This document shows positions 1 through 8,081 of a DNA stretch of 42,280 nt, piece after piece (the first letter of the stretch is position 1; the number at the start of each line of letters is the position of its first letter). The notes beneath the pieces are model-generated. The model was not told the DNA's origin and made no database searches. It saw nothing but the letters and a program-made list of their open reading frames with translations. The DNA comes from Myxococcota bacterium (GTDB taxonomy: Bacteria > Myxococcota > Myxococcia > Myxococcales > Myxococcaceae): assembly GCA_049322255.1 (NCBI GenBank), contig JBMORE010000005.1, positions 1-42,280 on the forward strand, read 5' to 3'. Made by a program: the position numbers and the translations under genes.

Positions 1-2
1 CC

Positions 3-1019
3 GAAGAAGCCGCTCGCCTTTCGGCCGAAGCCAAGGCCAAGGCCGCCGCGGAGGAGGAAACCCGCAGAGCGGCCGCCGCGGAGGAAGAACGCCGCCGCAT
101 CGAGGCGCAGGCCGGGCAGACGCTCGCTCAGGGCCTTTCGAAGACCAAAACCCAAGGCTTCATGTCGCGCCTCAACGCCCTCTTCGGCGCTCCGAAAAAG
201 GTCGACGAGTCGGTGCTGGGCGAGATGGAAGAAATCCTCTTCACCGCGGACATCGGAGTGAAGACGGCCTCCAGCCTGGTGGAGCTGGCGCGCGAGAAGG
301 CCAAGGCCAACGAGCTGGCCAGCGCCGAGAAGCTCAAGGGACTGATGCGTCAGGAGGTCGAGCGCATCGTCGACTTGCCGAAGCCCAAGAGCCTGGAGGG
401 AGGAGGTCCACCCCACGTGGTGATGGTGGTGGGGGTGAACGGCTCGGGGAAGACCACCACCATCGGCAAGCTCGCCGCCAAGTGCACCAGCGGAGGCAAG
501 AAGGTGGTGCTCGCCGCCGGAGACACCTTCCGCGCCGCCGCCACCGAGCAACTCGACGTGTGGGCCGCCCGCGCCCACGCCGAGCTGGTCAAGGGCAAGG
601 AAGACGCCGACCCGGCCTCGGTGGTCTTCGACGGGGTACAGCGCGCCAAGGAGCAGGGCGCCGACGTGCTCATCGCCGACACCGCCGGCCGCCTGCACAC
701 CAAGAGCCCGCTGATGGAGGAGCTCAAGAAGGTGAAGCGGGTGATGGGCAAGGCGCTCCCCGGAGCACCGCACGAGGTCCTTTTGGTGCTCGACTCCACC
801 AACGGGCAGAACGCCATCGCCCAGGCGAAGCAATTTCACGAGGCGGTGGGGGTGACGGCGATCGCTCTCACCAAGCTCGACGGCACCGCCAAGGGGGGAG
901 TCATCATCGGCATCTGCGACGAGCTCAAGCTGCCGGTGACCTGGGTGGGCGTGGGCGAAAAGGTGGCCGACCTGCGGCCCTTCGAGCCCAAGGAGTTCGT
1001 CGAGGCCCTCTTCGACTAA
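3..1019 (+). CDS. ftsY: Signal recognition particle receptor FtsY (5'-truncated at window edge)
   Basis: SRP GTPase motifs [36 protein letters not shown]. The frame is open from position 3 ([13 protein letters not shown]... acidic/Ala-rich N-region), so the real start lies upstream of the window. Confidence 0.97.
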   Translation, partial: EEAARLSAEAKAKAAAEEETRRAAAAEEERRRIEAQAGQTLAQGLSKTKTQGFMSRLNALFGAPKKVDESVLGEMEEILFTADIGVKTASSLVELAREKAKANELASAEKLKGLMRQEVERIVDLPKPKSLEGGGPPHVVMVVGVNGSGKTTTIGKLAAKCTSGGKKVVLAAGDTFRAAATEQLDVWAARAHAELVKGKEDADPASVVFDGVQRAKEQGADVLIADTAGRLHTKSPLMEELKKVKRVMGKALPGAPHEVLLVLDSTNGQNAIAQAKQFHEAVGVTAIALTKLDGTAKGGVIIGICDELKLPVTWVGVGEKVADLRPFEPKEFVEALFD

Positions 1020-1032
1020 AACGCGCAGCGGC

Positions 1033-2751
1033 TCACTCGCCCCCGAGCTGGCGCAGCATCTCTTCGAGAAGTTTCATCGACCGCGGGTCGAGCTTTGGCA
1101 GGTTGCCACCGCCGAACATGCCGGCGAGGTCGGGCTTGCCCAGGTCTTCGTCACCCCGCGCTTCCTCCCACCAGCGACGGCGCAGCGCCTCGAGCTTGGC
1201 CCCAGAACCCTGACGCGACAGCGACCGAACCACCGCCTCGGAGTCGACCCAGCCATAGCGGTTCTCGTCGACGTAGAGGCGCAGCCCGCGCAAGAACGCC
1301 TCTTCGCCCAACACTCCGCGCGCCTGGTGGAAGAAAAGCGGCGCCTTGCCGTACACCAGCGCCGCGTACTCGGTGGTGGAGGAAAACTCGGCGGTGGGGC
1401 GATCGGCGGCGCCGTCCTCTCCGCCCATCATTCGGTGCAGGTGGTAGGTGCCCACCAGGTACTGCTTGCGCAGGCTCTCCGCCGCCTTGGCTCCGTGCTT
1501 CCACTCGATGTGGAGGAGCGCGGCGTACTGCGCGAGCGCCTCGTCGGTCACCGGCGAGCCCACCGGGTCGCTCCCCACCAGCATCGGGAAGTACTGGTGG
1601 GCCACCTCGTGGGCCACGGTGAATTCCACCGTCACCTCGAAGAGCTGGCGCATGTTCGGGAAAAGCTCCTGCATCATTGCGCCGCCGAGCATCGCGCCCA
1701 GCCCGGGCATCCCCATCGCCGCGAAGGGGTCGGCGGTGCCGCGGTAGAGCGCGCCGGAGACGGTGACGAGGCCAGGAAACTCCATCCCCCCCGCGCCGCC
1801 ACCCAGCCGGGTCTGCACCACGCGCAGGTGGGTCCACGGGTAGGGCCCGAAGCGTTTCTGCATCTGCCCCAGCGCCTCGGCGGCGTGACGCAACGCCTTC
1901 TTCCCCGCACTCGCCTCCGTGTCGAGGAAGTAGCTCTCCACGGTGACATCGTCGACCTTGGCCGCGGCGTGGGAGAGGCCCTTGGCGACGAAAATAGGAA
2001 AGTCGCGCGCCGCCGCCGCCCCGTAGGTGAAGCGCACCTTCCGCCCTTTCTCGGGCACCTCGCCGAGCGCGTTGCCGCTCGCCAGCACTTGGTAGCCTGT
2101 GGGCACCGTCACCGTCACCAGCCAGCTCGACGGCTCGAAGAGACCCAAGTCGCCGGTGCCACTGGGGCCGGCCAGGGGGTCGCCATCGGGGCCGGAGGGC
2201 GGAACCGCCGGGAGCAGGCCCACCAGGCTCATCATCTCCGGTGAGGCGGCGAAGGCGCCGTAGTCTCCCCCCTGCCCGTGGAGCGAGAGGGACACCTGGT
2301 CGCTGCCCGCGGGAGCCTTTGGCACCTGGGCGGTGAGCGACAGCTCCACTTGAGCCGCCGCTCCGGGCTCGACGGAAGGTTGAAGCTCCACCCGGTAGAG
2401 CGTCGGCTCGACGAGCTCGAGCATCGCCGGCCTCCCCTGAGCGGTGGCCTCGGCGAGCTGGACGGCGCCCTCATGGGCGGCGTTGGGCGTCAGTCGAAGC
2501 AGGAGCGCCTCCAGCCGCCGGTCTTTGGCGACGTAGGTGATGAACACCCTGCCCTTCACCTCGCGCCGGGTCGGGTCTACCGAGAGTTGCGCACGGTAGA
2601 GCGGCAGCTTTTCCACGGGGCCGAGGGCCTTCTCCAACCGCGCGCGTTCACCCGCACGCAGGTGCGTCAAACACAGCTGTGCTTCGGGAGAAAGCTCGGC
2701 CCAAGCCCCCAAGGCCCAGAGCGCCGCGACGCAGAAAAGGTGCAGTCGCAT
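1033..2751 (-). CDS. Secreted M1-family (gluzincin) aminopeptidase
   Basis: Signal peptide MRLHLFCVAALWALGAWA; GGMEF exopeptidase motif; HEVAH...DEALAQY zinc motif; YGKA downstream. Confidence 0.9.
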   Translation of the reverse strand: MRLHLFCVAALWALGAWAELSPEAQLCLTHLRAGERARLEKALGPVEKLPLYRAQLSVDPTRREVKGRVFITYVAKDRRLEALLLRLTPNAAHEGAVQLAEATAQGRPAMLELVEPTLYRVELQPSVEPGAAAQVELSLTAQVPKAPAGSDQVSLSLHGQGGDYGAFAASPEMMSLVGLLPAVPPSGPDGDPLAGPSGTGDLGLFEPSSWLVTVTVPTGYQVLASGNALGEVPEKGRKVRFTYGAAAARDFPIFVAKGLSHAAAKVDDVTVESYFLDTEASAGKKALRHAAEALGQMQKRFGPYPWTHLRVVQTRLGGGAGGMEFPGLVTVSGALYRGTADPFAAMGMPGLGAMLGGAMMQELFPNMRQLFEVTVEFTVAHEVAHQYFPMLVGSDPVGSPVTDEALAQYAALLHIEWKHGAKAAESLRKQYLVGTYHLHRMMGGEDGAADRPTAEFSSTTEYAALVYGKAPLFFHQARGVLGEEAFLRGLRLYVDENRYGWVDSEAVVRSLSRQGSGAKLEALRRRWWEEARGDEDLGKPDLAGMFGGGNLPKLDPRSMKLLEEMLRQLGGE

Positions 2752-2805
2752 GGTGCAAACAGTGTAGTTGACCCGCCCAAAGCGCGCTGGCTACAAGGCT
2801 GGGCC

Positions 2806-3375
2806 ATGCGCACGTGGGCCACCGCCGCCGTCTTCCTCCTGGCTTGTCCCAAGCGTGTCGAGCCACCCGCGTCGAAGCCCCGGCAGGCGGTGCAGCTGCT
2901 CGCCCAGACCGAGGAGATTGAAACAGAAAAGAACACCCAAACCCGCGCCGACGTCGAAATCGACACCCGCGACTTCGACCGCACCCCCAAAGTGGTGGCG
3001 ACGAAGGAGACACCGCTTTTGCGCCTCGAAGGCATGGAGGCGCGACTCTACGGCGACGAGGCGGCAACGCAGGGCTGGCAGGTGGACAACTTCGTGCTCC
3101 TCGAGGTGCTCAGCGAGAGCGGGCAGGTGCTCTCCCGCGCAGCGGTCGGCCACACCGACGTGGTGCAGATAGGCCCCGAGAACATCGACAGCGTGGGGAG
3201 GATGTCCTTCACCTTCGAGGCGGGCGAGGTCGACGTGACTTCACTGTTGCCCGAGGAGGCGCCCTTCAAAGTGCGCGCGACCGCGCTGGATTACAGCGGT
3301 GTTGGCCGGGTGAGCAACTTGTACCTGGTGCTCGAGCCTAAGCAACAGGCGGAAGACGACCTGCGCGGTCAGTGA
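2806..3375 (+). CDS. Hypothetical lipoprotein (189 aa)
   Basis: ATG at 2806 gives MRTWATAAVFLLAC (lipobox); beta-rich body; divergent from the M1 peptidase. Confidence 0.75.
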   Translation: MRTWATAAVFLLACPKRVEPPASKPRQAVQLLAQTEEIETEKNTQTRADVEIDTRDFDRTPKVVATKETPLLRLEGMEARLYGDEAATQGWQVDNFVLLEVLSESGQVLSRAAVGHTDVVQIGPENIDSVGRMSFTFEAGEVDVTSLLPEEAPFKVRATALDYSGVGRVSNLYLVLEPKQQAEDDLRGQ

Positions 3376-4280
3376 GCGCCCAAGGGCCGCAGCCCGGCTG
3401 GCTCGTTGATGAACGCGTCGCAGTGGCCTCCGCAGGCGCCGTGCTTGTCGAACTTCTGCGGGCTGGAGACGACCACGAAGGTGGTGGCCGCGGCGACGAC
3501 CACTGCCGCGGCACCCGCCCACACGTACCAACGGGTGTAGAGCGGCTCGTCTTCGGAAGGCCCGGGCGTAAGCGACGAGGTGACCTCCGAGTCAGCGGGA
3601 ACGAGGACGGGGTTCTCCGGGCGATCGGCGTAGGCGGTGACGGTGCGGGCCGCCACGGTCAGCTGGGCGCTCACCGTGTAGTCCTTGCCGGCGAGCACGG
3701 TGACGCTCTGACGGCTCTCCTCGAAGCCCTCTTTGCGCACCACTACCTCGCGGCTGCCCGGCGCCACTAAAAGCTCGCTGAGGGGGACTTCGCCCACCAA
3801 CTGGTCGTCGATCAGCACCTGTGCCCCGGTTTGATCGGCGCGCACGGAAAGAAAGCCCGAAATCGGCGACAAGACGGCGACGACTTCGGTGGTCTTCCCC
3901 GCCACGAGGTTCACCTTCTTGTTGAGCTCGGCGTAGCCCGGGCGCCGGACCACCACCGAATGCTCTCCCGGGGGCAACACGTGGGGCCGCGAGGTCAGCG
4001 GGCCCACTTCCTTCCCGTCGAGGAACAACACTGCGCCCGCCTTCGCTCCGGGAGCGAGCTTCACCACCAGCTCCGACTTCGCCGCAGGCAGCGGGGCCAA
4101 CAGATCGCTCGCGTCGGAAGCGGGCGGAGGTTTGGCCGCGGGCTTCGGCTTGGGCCGTTTCTTCTTCGGCTTGGTCGGGACCGGGACCAGCGGCATCAAG
4201 AGGTCTTCCTGGGCGAGGGCCGGAGCGCCCGTGAGGCCCACCGCCAAGGCGAGCACCAAGCCGTTGCGAAGCCAACGCAT
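3369..4280 (-). CDS. Secreted tandem PEGA-domain protein with C-terminal hydrophobic anchor
   Basis: Signal peptide from ATG 4280 (MRWLRNGLVLALAVGLTGAPALA); Pro/Lys linker; two PEGA repeats (GAVLFLDGKEVG..PGEHSVVVRRPGY; GAQVLIDDQLVG..PGSREVVVRKEGF); LYTRWYVWAGAAAVVV segment. Confidence 0.85.
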   Translation of the reverse strand: MRWLRNGLVLALAVGLTGAPALAQEDLLMPLVPVPTKPKKKRPKPKPAAKPPPASDASDLLAPLPAAKSELVVKLAPGAKAGAVLFLDGKEVGPLTSRPHVLPPGEHSVVVRRPGYAELNKKVNLVAGKTTEVVAVLSPISGFLSVRADQTGAQVLIDDQLVGEVPLSELLVAPGSREVVVRKEGFEESRQSVTVLAGKDYTVSAQLTVAARTVTAYADRPENPVLVPADSEVTSSLTPGPSEDEPLYTRWYVWAGAAAVVVAAATTFVVVSSPQKFDKHGACGGHCDAFINEPAGLRPLGAH

Positions 4281-4357
4281 GAGCGAAAGGTTAGAGAGTC
4301 GGCGAAGCCGGGTCAAACCAGCTCCCACTTTCGTCGAATCCCGCTACGGTGCGGCGA

Positions 4358-4858
4358 ATGATGCGCCTGTTCCCCCTCGCCTTCGCCGTAACCGCCGCCG
4401 CCTGTTTGCGGGCCTCGCCGCCGCTGCCTCCCCCCGAGCCTCCTCCACCGTCGATACGCATTCCCGCCGGCTGCGCGCGTGACTTGGGCGGTGCGTGGGT
4501 GCACAAGGAGCACCCTGACTACCGCTATCAAGGCACCGACGATGGCGGCACGCTCGTCCTGCTCTTTGCGCGTGACGTGAGCGACGGCGGCATCGCGCGC
4601 GTCGTGCTCGAACGCGGGCCCAAGGGCTTTGTCGGCTCGACCCATGCTCTTTCGGTGAACGGCACCGGGCAGCTGTGCCCGGTGGAATTCCCCACCGAGG
4701 TGATGAGCTGCCCCCAGGAGGGACTGGTGCTCCTCGCCGCCACCGACGCTCTGGTGGACGACGCGTGCCGCCCGGTGCCGATGGCCGAAAAACCGCAACG
4801 GGTGCCGCAACCGCTCGTCCGTCCGTCTTTCGTGACGGAGGCTGACGGTGGCCGTTGA
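4358..4858 (+). CDS. Hypothetical lipoprotein
   Basis: MMRLFPLAFAVTAAAC lipobox, Pro-rich tether, several Cys; codon usage consistent with neighbours. Confidence 0.7.
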   Translation: MMRLFPLAFAVTAAACLRASPPLPPPEPPPPSIRIPAGCARDLGGAWVHKEHPDYRYQGTDDGGTLVLLFARDVSDGGIARVVLERGPKGFVGSTHALSVNGTGQLCPVEFPTEVMSCPQEGLVLLAATDALVDDACRPVPMAEKPQRVPQPLVRPSFVTEADGGR

Positions 4859-4861
4859 ACT

Positions 4862-4894
4862 CCCTCTCCCTGTGGGAGAGGGTAAGGGTGAGGG
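4862..4894. repeat. BoxC/REP-like intergenic palindromic repeat, copy 1
   Basis: CCCTCTCCC-TGT-GGGAGAGGG hairpin plus TAAGGGTGAGGG tail between two convergent genes; inverted near-copy at 35613-35645. Confidence 0.8.
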
Positions 4895-4898
4895 AACC

Positions 4899-5276
4899 TT
4901 AGAGCTGCGTGCCAGTGCCGGTGGCGGGAGGCGGCGTCGGCGTGCCCGCGGCCTCCCCTTCCAGCCGCATCGGCAGGGTGTACGCCTCGTCCCACTTGTA
5001 GACCCACAGGAGCGGAAAGAGGCAGAAGTAGCCACACACCAGCCGGACCGGGTCCTGCCGGCGGCCAATCGCCGTCTCGGTGGAGGCGTAACCCTCCTTC
5101 TCCAAGCGCACGTGTTTGTAGCCGTTGTTCGAGCCGTCGGGCAGCTCGAGGGTGAGCGGCGTTTCGCCCCGATATGCCCCGTCGAGGTAAACCTTCGCCC
5201 CCGACGGGGTGCTGTGAATGGTGGTCGTGGTGCTGCAGGCGGCCAGCGCCACCGTCACCAGGAGTGCCTTGCGCAT
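4899..5276 (-). CDS. Small PEGA-domain lipoprotein
   Basis: Lipobox MRKALLVTVALAAC; PEGA motif IHSTPSGAKVYLDG..GETP..LEKEGY; C-terminal hydrophobic segment. Confidence 0.85.
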   Translation of the reverse strand: MRKALLVTVALAACSTTTTIHSTPSGAKVYLDGAYRGETPLTLELPDGSNNGYKHVRLEKEGYASTETAIGRRQDPVRLVCGYFCLFPLLWVYKWDEAYTLPMRLEGEAAGTPTPPPATGTGTQL

Positions 5277-5376
5277 GGCCGCGCAGATTCGGGATGTGCG
5301 CTGATGCTGTCAAGGCCGCCGGCTTCAGATGTAGGATGCCTTGCGGCCGCACGTCTTTTCCCAGGGGTTTTCAGAC

Positions 5377-7434
5377 ATGTCCGACCAGCGTTTCGGCATC
5401 TTCGTCGCTTTGGCCTTCTTGTCGGCCTGTGGCGGCTGCAACTGCGACCCCCCGCTTCAATCCACCGAGCCCTGCGCCAGCGTCCCCAACGTCCAACCGG
5501 ACATGGTGCAGGCCTGCGGCTCGACTACCGAGTGCGGCGACCACTACCCCTGTACGGAGGTGAAGGACAGCGACGGCTTGATGTGTTGTGTGTTCGCCGA
5601 TCGCAAGTGCGTCACCGAGGCGGACTGCTGCCCCGGGCAGACCTGCCCCGCCGACCGCAAGAAGTGCTTCGACAAGTACCTCTCCTGCGAAACCGACGCC
5701 GACTGCGGCGACAAGGGTGACCGCTTCTGCGAAGAGTGGACCGACAGCTACGGCACCTCCAAGCGCTGTCGCTTCAAGGCCTGCACCGACGGCGCCTGTC
5801 CCGACGGGCAGTACTGCTTCCAGAACGAGTGCATGGCCGACCTGCCCTGCGGCGGCGCCTGCGAGAGCGGCAAGGCCTGCGTGCCCGCCATCGACCGCTG
5901 CCAGGACTACTCCAACCCTACCGACCGCGCCGCCGCCGCCTGCCCGGTGACCTGCGCCGCCGGCTTCATCGCCACCTTCAACGACAACCGCAACGTGTGG
6001 GACACCTGCCGGCTGCCCGAAGTGGCCTGCGTGTGCGCCGAGCTGCCCCCCTTGCGCTCCGAGGACTTGGGCCGCTTTTCGGCAATCGCCGCCGACGCTA
6101 CCCAGAACCGGCTGTTCGTCTCCGCCTACGACGGCCAGTACGGCGACCTGGTGGTGTTGCGCTTCGACGGCGCGGGGACGCTCGCCGGCACCGAGTACGT
6201 CGACGGCGTGCCTTCGGGCACGGTGCGCTTTGGCCCCTCGGGCGCGCGGGGCGGCGTCGTCGAGCCCGGCCCCGACGTCGGCCGCTACACCGACGTGGCG
6301 GTGCACAACGGCCAGGTGTTCGTGAGCTACTACGACGTCACCAACGGTGATGTGAAGCTCGCCCTCCGCTCCACCGACGGCACCTGGCGCACCATGCGGG
6401 TGGACGGCACCGACGCCGACCTGGGGCTGTACTCCTCGGTGGCGGTGGACTCCGACGGCTACCCCGGCCTCTCCTACTTCCAAAAAGGCGGCGGAGCGAC
6501 CTTCGACTCCGCCAGCTGCCCCGCGCCCCCGCCCACCGGAGACAAGACGTTCATCACCGCGCTCAAGTTCGCCCGCGCCAACACCGCCAGCCCCGCAGGC
6601 CCCGCAGACTTCACCGTGCGCACCATCGCCTGCCAAAGCCGCCCCCCTCCTCCTTGCTACAACTGCGCGCAGACCTGCGCCGACCCCGGCACCGGCGCCG
6701 GCTGCTACGCGCCCGACACCACCTGCACCGGCTGCGACGCCAACACCGAGGTCTGCGTGATGGTCGGCACCACCCCCACCTGCGCGAAGAAGTACAACCC
6801 CTCCAACCTGGCGGAGGTGGTAGACGGAGTGGGCCTGTTCTCAGCGCTCGCCTTCAACGGTAAGGACGCCTACATCGCCTACATGAACCGCACCGGGGGC
6901 GACGGAGACCTCTACGGGGTGCGCCTGGGCGCGCAGAACACGGTGCTGCCGCAGGTCTTGCTCGACGCCGCCGGCGACACCGGCTTCTTCCCCGACGTGA
7001 AGCTCGACCCGGGCGGCACCAACGTGGCGGTGAGCTACCACGACTTCTCCAGCCGGGCGTTCAAGCTCTTTTTTGCCCCCAACTTCCAGGCGGGAGTCAC
7101 CCCCGAGGTGATTGACCCCGGCACCGGCGCCGCCAGCTCCGGCGTGCACCACTGGGTGGGCACCGACAGCGCGCTTGCCTTCGCCGGCGCGCAAGACCTC
7201 TACGCGGTGTACCAAGACGCCACCGGGGGCGACCTCAAGCTGGCCCGCCGCCAGAACAACGTCTGGACGCTGCTTTCCCCTTTGCGCACCGAGGGCGCGG
7301 TGGGCTTCTTCGCCGACGCGGTGATGCTGGGAAGCAAGCTCTTCGCCAGCCACGCGCGCATTCACGCCAAGCTGGTGGCCGGCGAGCCGCGGGTGGACAA
7401 CTCGCTCCTGCTCGAGCAGTACACCGGACCATGA
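5377..7434 (+). CDS. Cys-rich lipoprotein with probable beta-propeller C-terminal region
   Basis: Lipobox FLSAC from ATG 5377; ~220 aa of Cys-rich repeats; repeated blades (GRFSAIAAD..AYDGQYGDL, GRYTDVAV..YYDVTNGDVKLA, GLYSSVAVD, GFFPDV, YQDATGGDLKLA); very strong GC3 bias. Confidence 0.85.
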   Translation: MSDQRFGIFVALAFLSACGGCNCDPPLQSTEPCASVPNVQPDMVQACGSTTECGDHYPCTEVKDSDGLMCCVFADRKCVTEADCCPGQTCPADRKKCFDKYLSCETDADCGDKGDRFCEEWTDSYGTSKRCRFKACTDGACPDGQYCFQNECMADLPCGGACESGKACVPAIDRCQDYSNPTDRAAAACPVTCAAGFIATFNDNRNVWDTCRLPEVACVCAELPPLRSEDLGRFSAIAADATQNRLFVSAYDGQYGDLVVLRFDGAGTLAGTEYVDGVPSGTVRFGPSGARGGVVEPGPDVGRYTDVAVHNGQVFVSYYDVTNGDVKLALRSTDGTWRTMRVDGTDADLGLYSSVAVDSDGYPGLSYFQKGGGATFDSASCPAPPPTGDKTFITALKFARANTASPAGPADFTVRTIACQSRPPPPCYNCAQTCADPGTGAGCYAPDTTCTGCDANTEVCVMVGTTPTCAKKYNPSNLAEVVDGVGLFSALAFNGKDAYIAYMNRTGGDGDLYGVRLGAQNTVLPQVLLDAAGDTGFFPDVKLDPGGTNVAVSYHDFSSRAFKLFFAPNFQAGVTPEVIDPGTGAASSGVHHWVGTDSALAFAGAQDLYAVYQDATGGDLKLARRQNNVWTLLSPLRTEGAVGFFADAVMLGSKLFASHARIHAKLVAGEPRVDNSLLLEQYTGP

Positions 7435-8078
7435 CGACCCACCCGCTCAAGGTGACGTTGAGGGTCGCCCGGCCCGGCGACGTGCTCGTACGCTGCTACC
7501 CCAACGGCAAGGTGGGCGGGCTCACGGTGGACGGAAGTGTGCCCGGTGCGCTCGGGCAGCACTGCGAGCTGGTGGTGCGCATCGCCCAACCGGTGGCGCG
7601 TCACTTCAATGTGCGAGGGCAGTTGGCGTGGGCACGGCACCAGAGCTCGATGGCGCTCAAGGAGTGCTTCGGGGTCGATTTTCTCCCCGACGACGAGGCG
7701 GGGCGCGACCGGCTGCTTTCCTACGCCAAAGAAGAGGTCGAGCCCGGCGCCAGCCGCTACGAAGACCGCATCTACACCTCGCTCCCGGTGAAAATCTCCC
7801 ACCAGGGCAAGACACGGCGCGAGTTCCTCTTCGACCTTTCCCAGGGCGGGGCCTTCGTGCGCAGCGCCCGCCCGCTGCCCGTGGGGGCGGAGGTGCTCTT
7901 CGTCTTGCGCCCTCCGCTGTCGCTCACCGTGCTTCGGCTCAAAGGGCGGGTGGTGTGGGTGCGCAGCACCGGCCACGCCCAGGGCATGGGCATCGAGTTC
8001 CAGTTCGAGGACCCCAAAGAGGCCGACGGGCTGCGCAGGCTTCTCGTCCGCCTCGACCGGCAAGCGGCGCAACGCTGA
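7431..8078 (+). CDS. Tandem PilZ-domain protein (myxobacterial TIGR02266-like)
   Basis: Second domain has RYEDR (RxxxR) and DLSQGG (DxSxxG) plus GRVVWVR..GMGIEF; first domain has GQLAWAR..FGVDF; ATGA overlap with the upstream gene. Confidence 0.88.
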   Translation: MTTHPLKVTLRVARPGDVLVRCYPNGKVGGLTVDGSVPGALGQHCELVVRIAQPVARHFNVRGQLAWARHQSSMALKECFGVDFLPDDEAGRDRLLSYAKEEVEPGASRYEDRIYTSLPVKISHQGKTRREFLFDLSQGGAFVRSARPLPVGAEVLFVLRPPLSLTVLRLKGRVVWVRSTGHAQGMGIEFQFEDPKEADGLRRLLVRLDRQAAQR

Positions 8079-8081
8079 CGG

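Noticed and set aside
5377..7434. Assignment of the Cys-rich lipoproteins to TraA or CglB
   Set aside because: No MYXO-CTERM or adjacent TraB-like OmpA barrel and no VWA MIDAS motif was recognised.
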